Shown here piece by piece: positions 53,170 to 62,352 of a stretch of DNA of 62,352 nucleotides; position 1 is the first letter of the stretch, and every line of letters begins with the position of its first letter. The notes under the pieces were generated by a model. That model searched no databases, was not told the DNA's origin, and saw only the letters and a list, made by a program, of their open reading frames with translations. Source of the DNA: Anaerolineales bacterium (GTDB taxonomy: Bacteria; Chloroflexota; Anaerolineae; Anaerolineales; UBA6663). The position numbers and the translations under genes are program-made. The stretch is from positions 1-62,352 of the forward strand of contig JAVQXV010000002.1 in the NCBI GenBank assembly GCA_033577755.1. Direction: 5' to 3'.

Positions 53170-54528
53170 TCAATCGGCGGCCGCCGGCGTAACCGGAGCC
53201 GGCGCTGCATCGTGATCGGGCAACAGCCTCTCGGCGTCGCGGATGACGGGCACGAAGTAGCTGGCGGCACCGCCCAGGGCCGCCGCCAGGCCGCAGACCA
53301 GCAGCAGCACCGCTGCACCCGCGCCCGGCCCCTCGCCCACCCAGCCGCCGAACACGGGCGTCAGCCAGCCGCCAGTCCGCATCCCCGGCTCCAGCACAAA
53401 GTCCGCCAGCGCGCCGCCGATGAGGGGCGAGATGGGATTGGTGAACCAGGCGATCAGCCGGCGCGCGGCGAACACCCGGCCCTGCACGTCCGGCGGCACC
53501 TTGGCCTGGTAAATGGCTTGGTTGGAGCCGTTGATGATGGCAATGGGCAATCCGCCCAGGAACATGAAGATCGCCCACCAGGCCACGTCCCGGCCCAGCC
53601 CGAGCAGGAACATGCCTACCAGGCCGCTCCACATCCAGCCCAGCAGCACACCGTGGACACGGCGCTTGAAGCCGCCCCAGACGCTCATCAGCACGCCGCT
53701 CACCACGCCGCCGAGCGCGCCGGCGGAGAGCGCGTAGCTGAGCGCGGCCTCGCTGTTGCCGGTGCGCGCGAGAATCATCGGAGCGAGCACGGTGAAGGCG
53801 ATGCCGGCAAACAGGTTGCCGAAGAAGAACGTCAACTGTAGGCCCACCAGGCTGGGCCGGGCGAAGATATAGCGGAAGCCGAACACAGCATCCTGGAGCA
53901 GACCGCCGCCGGCGGCCTTCTGCCCTTCGGCGGACTGCGTTGGCGTTGGGATGTGGACGACCAGCAACGCGCCGATGGCGACGAGGAACGTCAGCACGTC
54001 CAGCCAAAGGATGCCGGCCAGGCCGATGAGCGGCAGCAGCGCGCCGGCCAGCAGTGGCGCGACGATGCCCGGCCCCGCCTCCACCAGCGACATCATGCCG
54101 TTGGCCCGTCCGTACTGCTCTTTGGGCAGCATGGTGCTGATGGCGGCGGAATAGGCCGGCCATTGAAAGCAATTGCCCAGGCCGGCAATCGCGGCGGTGA
54201 TGTACAGATGCCAGACCTCCAGCCTCCCCAGGGATTGCATCACCAGGATGAAGACGGTGCCCAGCCCCGCGCTCAAATCGCTGACCATCATCATCAGCTT
54301 GCGGTCGTAGCGGTCCACCATCGCCCCGGCGATGGGTGAGAGCAGCAGGAAGGGCGTGATGAAGAAGACCTGCACCAGGCCGAGCGCGGTGTAACTGCCG
54401 GTCTTCTCGAAGACCCAGACCGTCACCGCGAACTGGGTCATGCTGGTGGCGAGCACAGAGATAATCTGCCCAAGCCAGACGATGGTGAAGCCAAAGAAGC
54501 CGCTGGGGAGACGAGAAATTTTCGCCAT
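53170..54528 (-). CDS. MFS transporter (DHA3/MefA-like)
   Basis: WLGQIIS, AGAMVDRYDRK, QAKVPPDVQGRVF. Confidence 0.9.
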   Translation of the reverse strand: MAKISRLPSGFFGFTIVWLGQIISVLATSMTQFAVTVWVFEKTGSYTALGLVQVFFITPFLLLSPIAGAMVDRYDRKLMMMVSDLSAGLGTVFILVMQSLGRLEVWHLYITAAIAGLGNCFQWPAYSAAISTMLPKEQYGRANGMMSLVEAGPGIVAPLLAGALLPLIGLAGILWLDVLTFLVAIGALLVVHIPTPTQSAEGQKAAGGGLLQDAVFGFRYIFARPSLVGLQLTFFFGNLFAGIAFTVLAPMILARTGNSEAALSYALSAGALGGVVSGVLMSVWGGFKRRVHGVLLGWMWSGLVGMFLLGLGRDVAWWAIFMFLGGLPIAIINGSNQAIYQAKVPPDVQGRVFAARRLIAWFTNPISPLIGGALADFVLEPGMRTGGWLTPVFGGWVGEGPGAGAAVLLLVCGLAAALGGAASYFVPVIRDAERLLPDHDAAPAPVTPAAAD

Positions 54529-54550
54529 GAGTCCTCAATCATCCATCATT

Positions 54551-54931
54551 TCACTCGACAAAAATCTCCACATGCTCGCCGTCTTCCTCGTCGGTCACGT
54601 CAATAATCTTGCCCGTCTGGCCGGATTTGAGCGCTTCCGCCAGCGCCTCGATCTGTTCGGCCTCCAGGCCGGGCGCAAAGCGCGCACCCATCTTCATGCC
54701 GACGCGGACCAGGCTCATCGGGATGTTGATGTTGACCTTGGCTCTGCCGGTCTTGAGGTCGGTGACGCGGACGCGGAACCAGCGCGCCTCGCCCGCCGCT
54801 GCGCCCAGCGAGATGTTCGGCGTCTTGCGGCTTTCGGCCAGCGCGGCCAGCAGCTTTGCGCCCTCCTCAGCGCTGATCTTTCCCTCTTCGATGAGCTTGA
54901 GCACCTTCATGCGCTCTTCAACGGTTGCCAT
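54551..54931 (-). CDS. SHOCT-like domain protein (DUF2089-operon associated)
   Basis: EERMKVLKLIEEGKISAEEGAKLL, RVRVTD..KVNINIP, VEIFVE. Confidence 0.8.
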   Translation of the reverse strand: MATVEERMKVLKLIEEGKISAEEGAKLLAALAESRKTPNISLGAAAGEARWFRVRVTDLKTGRAKVNINIPMSLVRVGMKMGARFAPGLEAEQIEALAEALKSGQTGKIIDVTDEEDGEHVEIFVE

Positions 54932-54932
54932 A

Positions 54933-55027
54933 TGATTTCTGATTTTGGATTTCTGATTTTGGATTTCGGATTGGGGATTGGCAGAGCAATCGAATCGAAA
55001 ATCATCAGTCATTAGTCATCAGTCATC
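54933..55027. repeat. Heptamer arrays (GATTTTG then TCAGTCA)
   Basis: Direct inspection. Confidence 0.8.
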
Positions 55028-55877
55028 AATACTCCGACAGCGTGCCGCGCCTTCGCGCGCTGTCCTCCTCGAGCCGGTACAGCCAGTAGCCAATGATGGG
55101 CATGAGAGTCCCGAAGGCGACGACGATGGCAATCTCCACTTCCAGCGGCGCAAGTTCGGGGTAGCCGGCGGGCAGGCCCAGCAGCAGCGAACGGAACGCG
55201 TCCACGCCGTAGGAGAGCGGGATAAGGCGGGCGACCCATTGCAGCGCCTCGGGCAGGGCGCTGAACGGGAAGAACGGCGCGCACAGCACCATGAACACGA
55301 ACTGAAGCAGGTTGGCCAGCGTCTGCGCCGTCTCTTTGATGCGCAGCGTGAGTGCGGCGAAGGCAAAGCCCGCGCCAAATAACCCGGAGAGCGCGAAGAG
55401 CAGCACCAGCGCGCCGGGTAACAGGTTCTCAGCCGGCAGCCGACCGATGAGGGTGCTCATCAGCCAGGCGGAGGTGACGCACAGCAGGCCCGTCCACACC
55501 AGCGACACCGCGATGCGCGAGAGCAGGTTGGCGAACTTGGAGGCCGGGCTGAGGTAGAGCTGTTCGAGCGTGCCCTGCTTCTGGTCGCGGCGCACGTTGT
55601 AGCCGATAGTCCACAGCGTGTCCGAGAGGAACATGAACAGGATGAAGCCGTAGACGACGATGCCGGCGGTGGTCGAATTGCCCTCCGCGCCGGCGTCGCG
55701 CGGCGCGAACATCAGCCCGGCCAGCGTAAGGACGGTGACGATCAGAAAGATTTGTCCGAAGGAAGCGACGAACTCAACCGGATAGCGCAGCATAATCATC
55801 AGCTCTTTCTGCGCCATGGCGAGGAGCGTGCTGAGAAAGGCGGCGGGGCCGCGTAGCAACCTCGGAGAGTCGGGCAT
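55026..55877 (-). CDS. ABC-2 type exporter permease
   Basis: QGTLEQLYLSP, FFPFSALP, IPLSYGVDAFR. Confidence 0.85.
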   Translation of the reverse strand: MPDSPRLLRGPAAFLSTLLAMAQKELMIMLRYPVEFVASFGQIFLIVTVLTLAGLMFAPRDAGAEGNSTTAGIVVYGFILFMFLSDTLWTIGYNVRRDQKQGTLEQLYLSPASKFANLLSRIAVSLVWTGLLCVTSAWLMSTLIGRLPAENLLPGALVLLFALSGLFGAGFAFAALTLRIKETAQTLANLLQFVFMVLCAPFFPFSALPEALQWVARLIPLSYGVDAFRSLLLGLPAGYPELAPLEVEIAIVVAFGTLMPIIGYWLYRLEEDSARRRGTLSEY

Positions 55878-55879
55878 GG

Positions 55880-55960
55880 TTATTTCATTTCTGATTTTAG
55901 ATTTTGGATTGCGGATTTTGGATTGGCAATTCGAAATCAGAAATCCACAATCGCAAATCA
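55880..55960. repeat. Inverted heptamer arrays (GATTTTR / AAATC)
   Basis: Direct inspection. Confidence 0.8.
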
Positions 55961-56827
55961 AAACTGGCCGACGCCTTCGTTGCGCTGGATGCTGCGCTCG
56001 GTGCGCTGGAACACCCAAAAGCCGAACAGCGGCGCGACGAGCATGAACGCCCAGAGCACGGCCATGTCCGCGTACCACTCGCCGAAGAAGTAGCCCACGC
56101 CCAGCAGCGCCGAACGCACGCCGTTGGTCATCCAGGTGGGCGGGAACAGCCAGGCGATGACGCGGACGAAGGGCGGCAGCACCGTCACCGGGAAGAAAAT
56201 CCCCATCAGGAAGCTCACCACCCACTGCATCAGATTGACGACGGCGTTGGACTCCTTGACCTTGAGCACCACCGCCCCGAAGAGCAAGGCCATGCCGTAC
56301 AACGGGAGCAGCCCGACAGCGATGAAGCCGAGCGCCAGCAGCACATTGCCCTGAAACGGGTTGACTTGAAAAATCAGGCAGCCGATGACGTAGGCCAGCA
56401 GCGAGGACGACAGCCCGCGGATGATGCTGTAGAGCGCCACCCCGCTCGCCAGCGTAAGGGTGGAGGTGGGCGTGAGGTAAACGGCCTCGAGCGTGCCGGT
56501 CTCCTGCTCGAAGCGCAGCCAATAGGCGATGTGCCAGAACGCGTTGGAGACCAGCGAGAACACGTTGCTGCCGATGAGCAGGTAGGCCACGTAGTTGGCC
56601 GTGCCCGTATTGGCGGCAAAGTTGGCAGCGGCATCCTCGCCGCCGGTGGCGCGGCCCAGCAGCATGGGCATGGCGGCGAAGATGATGGGGATGACAATCT
56701 CCAGCGCCAGCTGGCCGGGGTAGCGGCTGATGTTAATTAGCCGCAGCTGCGTCTCGGCCAGCGCCGCCGAAAGCGACTGCGCCAAAGTAGGCTGGCCGGG
56801 CTGAGAAGATTGAGTGGTAATCGTCAT
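55958..56827 (-). CDS. ABC-2 type exporter permease
   Basis: EQETGTLEAVYLTP, GIFFPVTVLP. Confidence 0.88.
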   Translation of the reverse strand: MTITTQSSQPGQPTLAQSLSAALAETQLRLINISRYPGQLALEIVIPIIFAAMPMLLGRATGGEDAAANFAANTGTANYVAYLLIGSNVFSLVSNAFWHIAYWLRFEQETGTLEAVYLTPTSTLTLASGVALYSIIRGLSSSLLAYVIGCLIFQVNPFQGNVLLALGFIAVGLLPLYGMALLFGAVVLKVKESNAVVNLMQWVVSFLMGIFFPVTVLPPFVRVIAWLFPPTWMTNGVRSALLGVGYFFGEWYADMAVLWAFMLVAPLFGFWVFQRTERSIQRNEGVGQF

Positions 56828-56834
56828 GTTCTCA

Positions 56835-56951
56835 CAGTGTGTTGTGCACTGCGCGTTACGTAGGGCATGTTTTGTATTTCACGCTCTGCTTCGAGAAATG
56901 GAGCACACAATACGCAATACGTGATACGCAATACGCAATTACGTAATACGC
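56835..56951. repeat. Heptamer arrays (ATACGCA) with a degenerate inverted arm
   Basis: Direct inspection. Confidence 0.7.
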
Positions 56952-56953
56952 CC

Positions 56954-57958
56954 TCACTCCACCCGCGTATCCTCCGCCAGCGTGCGGCCGGTGCGGGCGA
57001 TGAACACATCCTCCAGCGTCACCTCCTGCGGCGCAATGCTCTGGATGATGGCGTTGTGGCGGGTGAGGGTCTCGAGCAGGCGCGGCAGCAGCGTGGCGTG
57101 GCCGTCCTGCGAGACGACGGTGAGCGTGGTCTTACCGTTACTATGGGCGGCGACGCGTGAGACTCCCGGCAACTGCTCCACCGCCTGGGAGGCCTTGGCG
57201 GAAATTACGCCTTCCACCCTGATCACCGCCTCGCGTTTAAGCGAAGCCTTCAGCTCCGGCACTGTGCCCAGCGCCAGCACTTCGCCGCGGTCAATGATGG
57301 CGACGCGGTCGCAGAGCGTCTCGGCCTCGGTCATGATGTGGGTGGTGTAGATGACGGTCTTGCCCTGCGCGTTGAGTTCGCGGACGACAGCGCGCAGCTC
57401 GCGGGCCGAGGGCACGTCGAGGGTGTTGGTCGGCTCGTCGAGGATGAGCAGCGGCGCATCGTTGATCAGTGCTTTGGCGAAGGCCACCTTCATGCGCTGG
57501 CCGGAGGAGTAGCTTTCCACCGCGCGGTCGGCGATGTCGCCCAGGCCGAGCTTTTCGATCAGCGCATCGGCGCGGCGCCTGCGGTCTGCCGGGCTGAGGT
57601 GGTAGAGCGCGCCGAAGAAGACCAGGTTCTCGCGTGCGGTCAGCTTCCAGTACAGCCCACGCTCGCCCATCAACATGCAGCCCGTCGTCGCACGGATAGC
57701 GTTATCCTGCTTCGTCAGCTCGAAGCCGTTCACCCATGCCCTCCCTGCCGTGGGCAGCAACAGCGTGGTCAGGCATTTGATGAGCGTGGTCTTGCCGGCG
57801 CCGTTCGGGCCGAGCAGGCCGAAGATTTCACCAGGGCGAATCTCCAGCGAGATGCTTTTGAGCGCCGGCACCTGCTTTTCTTCGGACTTGAAGAGACCTT
57901 TCCGCTGGCGGGTGATGTAGGTCTTGCTCAGGTCTTGAATGATGACTTGGCCAAACAT
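56954..57958 (-). CDS. ABC exporter ATP-binding protein
   Basis: GPNGAGKTT, YSSGQR, ILDEPT, TTH; start position uncertain. Confidence 0.92.
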   Translation of the reverse strand: MFGQVIIQDLSKTYITRQRKGLFKSEEKQVPALKSISLEIRPGEIFGLLGPNGAGKTTLIKCLTTLLLPTAGRAWVNGFELTKQDNAIRATTGCMLMGERGLYWKLTARENLVFFGALYHLSPADRRRRADALIEKLGLGDIADRAVESYSSGQRMKVAFAKALINDAPLLILDEPTNTLDVPSARELRAVVRELNAQGKTVIYTTHIMTEAETLCDRVAIIDRGEVLALGTVPELKASLKREAVIRVEGVISAKASQAVEQLPGVSRVAAHSNGKTTLTVVSQDGHATLLPRLLETLTRHNAIIQSIAPQEVTLEDVFIARTGRTLAEDTRVE

Positions 57959-58067
57959 GAGTTTTGTCGGTTGGTCAGATAGTCTGCGAGACGAGCGGTC
58001 AAATGGCCAGATTGTTCCGTTCCGCGACTCACCAACCACTCGACCACCTGACTAGGTGACCATTTGA

Positions 58068-59051
58068 CTACAAGACCAATTTCATCCAACGCAATGTGCG
58101 CTTCACGGTAAAGCTGAAATCGCGCAGCAGGTCATTGACGTAGGTATCGTCGAGCGGGTGCTCGAGGCGGATGTTCCACGGGCGCGGGCCGAGCCGGCGC
58201 AGGCCGCGGATGAGCAGGGCGCGCTCCACCCGCCCGCGGAACGCCGGGTGCGCCAGCACCGTCAACCGGTCGCCCTCCATTAGACCGGTCGCGATGATCA
58301 GCGCGCCCACAATCTGCTCCTGCGGCGTGACGGCCAGCCAGTGCTCTTCCATCTCACCGTTGAAGAAGGCTTCCAGGCGGCGCAGCAACGACGGGCGGAA
58401 CTCGGCCATGCTCAGCGGCCGGTTCCAGAGCAGGCCCTCCGGGCGCGCCAGCTGCGCCAGGTTCAGTTCCTCCATCCACTCGCGCCCGTCGCGCAGGCGG
58501 ATTTCGAAGCGCGAGGGCTCGTATGCCGGAATGACGGCGCGGCCGGAACGTTGCCAGATGCGGTGCGTGGCCGTATGCTCGAATCCCAGCCGTTGATACA
58601 ACCGAATGGCGCCGGCGTTCTCGTCATCCACCTGCAGGATGGCTTGCCGCCCGCCGCGGGCACGGATGTAATCCAGCGTGGCCTGCATCAGCTGCTGCGC
58701 GATGCCCTGCCGCCGGAAATCGGGATGCACCGCGACGTTGGCGATGACCCACACGCCGGAAGAGGTCTCGGAAGGCTGTGTGCTGACGTTGCCGATCACC
58801 CGCCCATCGTCCACCCAGACAAAGCCCTGCGTCAGCAGCCTGTGCTGCGGGTCGAGCCAGGCGAGCACGTGCGCCAGTGGCCCCAGCCGGCTGAGGAAGC
58901 GCAGCTCGCGAATGGCATATTGCCAGCCCTCTTCCACCTCCGGCGAGAAGCATAGACTGATTAAGTCGGCCACACCGGCCAGGTGGCGCGTAATATCAAG
59001 CGGTTGCAGGCCGTCACTGCCGGACGGGTTGGCTACAAGCCGGGCAGTCAT
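58068..59051 (-). CDS. GNAT family acetyltransferase (probably two GNAT-like domains)
   Basis: IANVAVHPDFRRQGIA, N.GAIRLYQRLGF; second HPAFRG. Confidence 0.88.
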   Translation of the reverse strand: MTARLVANPSGSDGLQPLDITRHLAGVADLISLCFSPEVEEGWQYAIRELRFLSRLGPLAHVLAWLDPQHRLLTQGFVWVDDGRVIGNVSTQPSETSSGVWVIANVAVHPDFRRQGIAQQLMQATLDYIRARGGRQAILQVDDENAGAIRLYQRLGFEHTATHRIWQRSGRAVIPAYEPSRFEIRLRDGREWMEELNLAQLARPEGLLWNRPLSMAEFRPSLLRRLEAFFNGEMEEHWLAVTPQEQIVGALIIATGLMEGDRLTVLAHPAFRGRVERALLIRGLRRLGPRPWNIRLEHPLDDTYVNDLLRDFSFTVKRTLRWMKLVL

Positions 59052-59095
59052 CGGTCATCAGTCTTCAGTCACCGATCATCCTTCATGGCCGATGA

Positions 59096-60322
59096 CTAAT
59101 GGCTAAGCCTGCCCTCCAGCGCGGCCAATAATTTCTCAGCTTCGGCGACCGAGATTTTGCGCTGCTCCAGCATACGCAGGACGGCCAGGCGTTCGTCTTC
59201 GCTCACCGGCTCAATGCCGGGCGCACGAGGCGGCGCGGGGGACGTCGGCGGGCGCGATGGCGCGGTGAAAGTGAAGCCCCAGCTCTTGCGGCGCCCGGCG
59301 CGTTCGCTGATTTGCTCGGCTTTGCGGCTGAGCGTCTCCGCTTTTCGCCGGGCAGCTTCGTCGCGGCGGCGAGCGGCCTCGGCAGCGCGGCGCACCCTGG
59401 CAGCGATGCGTTCGGCGTCCACGCCGCCCAGTCCGCTCAGGTTGAGTTTGAGATTGCCGAACTGCATGTTCAGCTCGCGCTCCACTTCGGCCAGGCGCGC
59501 GCCGACCCTGGCCTCGATCTCTGCCGCGATCCGTTCGCCGAAGTCGTCGCCGCTATCGGCCACGCCGGAAGAGGTTACGGTCACGTCGCTGAGGGTGATG
59601 TCGCTGCCCGCGCGCAGGGAAACTTTGGCCTCGCCTGTGCCCAGCGTGATGACCTGCTGACCGTCCCGGCCTTCGATGCGCGCGCCGGGAACATCCACCG
59701 AAAGGTCGCCGGTGCACTGCGCGGTGATGACGGCAGAGACGCCGGGCGGGACGCGACAAATGATGTCGCCGCCGGCTGAGAAGTCGTAGGTGTGCGGCGG
59801 CGCAAACTCCAGGTGGAGCACCACATCGCCGCCGGCAACGCCGGAGGCCTCCGCCGCAACGTCGCGCAGGTACATGTCGCCGCCGGCGGAGCCGGCCAGA
59901 CTGCCCTCCACATCGCGCGCGGAAACGTCGCCGCCGACCTCGCCAAAGAACAGTGAGCCGCGCACATACTTAGCACTCAAGTCACCGCCGACCCGGTCAA
60001 CCTTCACTCCGGCCACCCGGCGCAGAACCAGGTCGCCGCCCACCTCCTTGAGCACCAGGTCAGCTTCCAGCTCCTTGAGTCGGGCGTCGCCGCCGATGCG
60101 TTCGCAGCTCAGGCGCGCGCGGCGGGGGACGCGGACGGTGCAGTGGCCGTCGCAGCGCAACCGCGCCTGGCTGCCGTCGGTGCTGGTCGTCAGCTCGACT
60201 TTGTCATCGCCCTCGGCCACAATCTCGTTGCGGTCGCCACCGCTCAGGCGCAAATCACCGCCGATTTCAAGCGTGAGTTCCGGGTCAGAAGTGGTCTCGG
60301 CATTGGCTCGTGTAAGATTCAT
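59096..60322 (-). CDS. DUF4097-like beta-strand repeat protein with C-terminal SHOCT-like domain
   Basis: Many GGD repeats; C-terminal DERLAVLRMLEQRKISVAEAEKLL. Confidence 0.8.
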   Translation of the reverse strand: MNLTRANAETTSDPELTLEIGGDLRLSGGDRNEIVAEGDDKVELTTSTDGSQARLRCDGHCTVRVPRRARLSCERIGGDARLKELEADLVLKEVGGDLVLRRVAGVKVDRVGGDLSAKYVRGSLFFGEVGGDVSARDVEGSLAGSAGGDMYLRDVAAEASGVAGGDVVLHLEFAPPHTYDFSAGGDIICRVPPGVSAVITAQCTGDLSVDVPGARIEGRDGQQVITLGTGEAKVSLRAGSDITLSDVTVTSSGVADSGDDFGERIAAEIEARVGARLAEVERELNMQFGNLKLNLSGLGGVDAERIAARVRRAAEAARRRDEAARRKAETLSRKAEQISERAGRRKSWGFTFTAPSRPPTSPAPPRAPGIEPVSEDERLAVLRMLEQRKISVAEAEKLLAALEGRLSH

Positions 60323-60334
60323 GGCACCTCCGGT

Positions 60335-60703
60335 TCAATCTACAAAAACCTCCACTCGCTGGCCACCATCCAGGTCTTCCACTTCGATGATCTGGCCGCT
60401 CGCCTCCGACTGAAGCAGAGCGACGATTTCCTCCCAGTCGAGGTCGAGGCCGGCGAGCTTCGTTTGGTAGCGCGCACCGAGCCTGAGCACAGCGTTGACC
60501 CAGCTCAGCGGCAGGTTAATGCTGACTCTCGGCCTGCCGGTATCCAGGTTCGTGACACGCACGTGGAGCCAGCGCCCGGCGTCGTTCCGCCCGCCGGCGC
60601 CGGCTCCCGCGCCTGCGTCTGCGGCCATCCGCCTGGCCGCCTCCTCCGCCGATAACGTCCCCGCCGCAACCCCATTCAGGATGGAAGAGTGATCGGTGAA
60701 CAT
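60335..60703 (-). CDS. SHOCT-like domain protein, paralog of 54551-54931
   Basis: G.LSAEEA, WLHVRVT..RVSINLP, VEVFVD. Confidence 0.78.
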   Translation of the reverse strand: MFTDHSSILNGVAAGTLSAEEAARRMAADAGAGAGAGGRNDAGRWLHVRVTNLDTGRPRVSINLPLSWVNAVLRLGARYQTKLAGLDLDWEEIVALLQSEASGQIIEVEDLDGGQRVEVFVD

Positions 60704-60715
60704 GAGAGCTCTCCT

Positions 60716-60750
60716 TCAATCCAAAATCCCAAATCAGAAATCTAAAATCA
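60716..60750. repeat. Heptamer array (AAATCNN)
   Basis: Direct inspection. Confidence 0.7.
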
Positions 60751-61128
60751 AACGCCGCCCTGCAGGGCCTTCACCGCGTCCTGCGAACTGATGCGCCCGG
60801 CGGCCAGGTCGTCGAGGATGCGGCGGCGTTCTTCGTCGCTCAGGCCGAGGGCCTCCTCCTGCCCAACTTCATAGCCCATGGCGCGTATTAACTCGGTGAG
60901 CCTGGCCCGCAAAGTAGGGTAAGATAGGTTGAGTTCCTTTTCCATGCGGTTGAGTTTGCCTTCGCAGCGGATGAAGGTCTCGGCGAAGGCGAGTTGTTCG
61001 GGGCTGAGGCGGTCAAAGGCGCCAATGGTGAAGCGGCCTTCGATGGTGGTATCGCAGGCACGGCAGTGCAGCCGGGTCACAGCCAGCGCTTCACCGCAAA
61101 TGGGGCAGGTTCCGAGGATAGGGTGCAT
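60748..61128 (-). CDS. DUF2089 family protein (Zn ribbon + HTH + SHOCT-like)
   Basis: CPICG, C..C.T.IEGRF, EKELNLSYPTLRARL, RRRILDDLAAGRIS. Confidence 0.88.
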   Translation of the reverse strand: MHPILGTCPICGEALAVTRLHCRACDTTIEGRFTIGAFDRLSPEQLAFAETFIRCEGKLNRMEKELNLSYPTLRARLTELIRAMGYEVGQEEALGLSDEERRRILDDLAAGRISSQDAVKALQGGV

Positions 61129-61197
61129 AATCAAGTGGGCGGTTTAGGATATCTGAGCCGATCGGCATGATAGTTGAGACAAGAGACCTGAAACATT

Positions 61198-61229
61198 GAT
61201 TATCTTATTTAGGTTTTGGTTTTTGTCAA
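61198..61229 (-). promoter_or_regulatory. Sigma70-like promoter for the DUF2089 operon
   Basis: TTGACA-16 nt-TAAGAT in an AT-rich divergent region. Confidence 0.55.
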
Positions 61230-61323
61230 GAGATAATTTTGAGTTTATTGAAGCTTGATGAAAGGATTCTAAAATCTCGCTTCAACAGCCGGATTTTAGT
61301 AGCCAGAGGCAGTGGAGGGCCTT

Positions 61324-62346
61324 ATGGAACTTGTGTTTGCAGCCATCGCCGCCGGCGGCCTGGTCGGCGCTTCTAACCAGTATGCCTGCCTGCTCGTCCT
61401 GGGCCTGGCGGCCCGCTTTGGCCTCATCCAATTGAGCGGGCCGATGAGTTTCATGGCGGAGTGGTGGTTCATCCTCTTCGTCGGCGCGTTGTGGCTGGTG
61501 AGCATTGCGCCGGCGCTGGCCCAGCAATTTGCACCGGGGCTGATGCACGTGGCCAACGCTGTTGTCCACTTCGTCAGCGGCTTCGTCGTCCCGCTCTCGG
61601 CGGCGCTGGTGTCGCTGGCCTCGGTCGGCGTCATCGTCAACCTCAGCCCAGAGCTGAAAGCGGCGATTGATACGCTGCGCATCTTCAACGGCGAGACGGG
61701 CGCACTGGAGGGGACTGGTGTGGCGATTGCGGCCGGTAGCGCGATCGCGGCTACAGCCCTGACCGGCATGAAGGCCCTCGCCAAGCCGATGCTGAGCACG
61801 ACCAGCGGCACGGCGGGCACGACCTCCGCCCCGGCCTTCGTCATCGCCGAGAACTTCGCCGCCGTTATGCTGATGGGGCTGGCCTACGTGCTGACGCGCA
61901 TTGACCCCTGGCTGCTGGTGGGCCTGTTCGGCGCAGTGCTGGTGCTGACTCTGGGCCTGTTGGTCTTCGGACTCTATCAGTTGTACCGGCTGAAGAAGGG
62001 CCTGGGCCGCGTGTTCTACCTACTTCAGGTGCACCCGCGCGCCGGGCTGGCGGTGTGTGTGGAGTTTTTCGTCTGGGGGCTGGGCTGGCTGGTGTGGAGG
62101 AACGTCGGGCGCGGCGCGGTTTCGCTGCTGGCCTGGCTGGTGTGGCTGGCCGTCTTCATCTCCGCCCAGCCGCTGGTGACCGGATTCTTCGCCTGGTTCC
62201 CGCCGCTTATCCCCCTCGCTTTACTGACCGTGAACTTCGTGATGGTGATGCTCTTCATCGGCCTGGGGCTGGCCTCGGCGCGGGCGCTGCTGCAGGTCGT
62301 GGAGAAGGAGCCGCTGCCCGGCCCAACCGGTGTGGCGACGGCGTGA
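61324..62346 (+). CDS. DUF4126-like membrane protein with C-terminal extension
   Basis: G..GASNQYA.LL.LGL, multiple TM helices; ggagg RBS before ATG 61324. Confidence 0.6.
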   Translation: MELVFAAIAAGGLVGASNQYACLLVLGLAARFGLIQLSGPMSFMAEWWFILFVGALWLVSIAPALAQQFAPGLMHVANAVVHFVSGFVVPLSAALVSLASVGVIVNLSPELKAAIDTLRIFNGETGALEGTGVAIAAGSAIAATALTGMKALAKPMLSTTSGTAGTTSAPAFVIAENFAAVMLMGLAYVLTRIDPWLLVGLFGAVLVLTLGLLVFGLYQLYRLKKGLGRVFYLLQVHPRAGLAVCVEFFVWGLGWLVWRNVGRGAVSLLAWLVWLAVFISAQPLVTGFFAWFPPLIPLALLTVNFVMVMLFIGLGLASARALLQVVEKEPLPGPTGVATA

Positions 62347-62352
62347 TGAAAG

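Noticed and set aside
55878-56522. Repeat-encoded N-terminal extensions in the ORF track (also 44088-44192, 54932-55012, 18830-19051)
   Set aside because: They arise from open frames through heptamer arrays or leaders; family-typical starts lie downstream

Overview
High-GC bacterial chromosomal window, most likely from Chloroflexota (Anaerolineae-like). This assignment is an inference from Pro/Thr-rich lipoproteins, a C-terminal FLPLVIK motif, an archaeal-type thiolase and heptamer repeats. Housekeeping genes include purA, recD2, pnp, rpsO, rplS and nagA. A roughly 21-kb corrinoid uptake and late-biosynthesis cluster lies behind a cobalamin riboswitch: btuFCD-like transporter, ferredoxin, cobO, ferredoxin-fused cobN, cbiMNQO, cobB, cbiZ, cbiB, cobD and cobQ. 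A three-gene insert interrupts it, consisting of an IclR regulator fused to a PPOX domain and an NMT1/THI5-type transporter with no ATPase gene. Also present: a DUF2089/SHOCT/DUF4097/ABC/MFS/YvlD envelope-stress-like operon, a tandem pseudo-Rieske protein next to a TlpA redoxin, a hypothetical plus C39 peptidase cassette, a decayed UPF0175/DUF3368 toxin-antitoxin module, a lower-GC islet with a nonsense-interrupted M23 peptidase, and an ABA4/LuxR chimera. Several short repeat families recur (heptamer arrays, a MITE-like element with terminal inverted repeats, a PLPLGEG hairpin), some inserted in frame within genes. All family calls come from motif recognition by eye; no searches were run.
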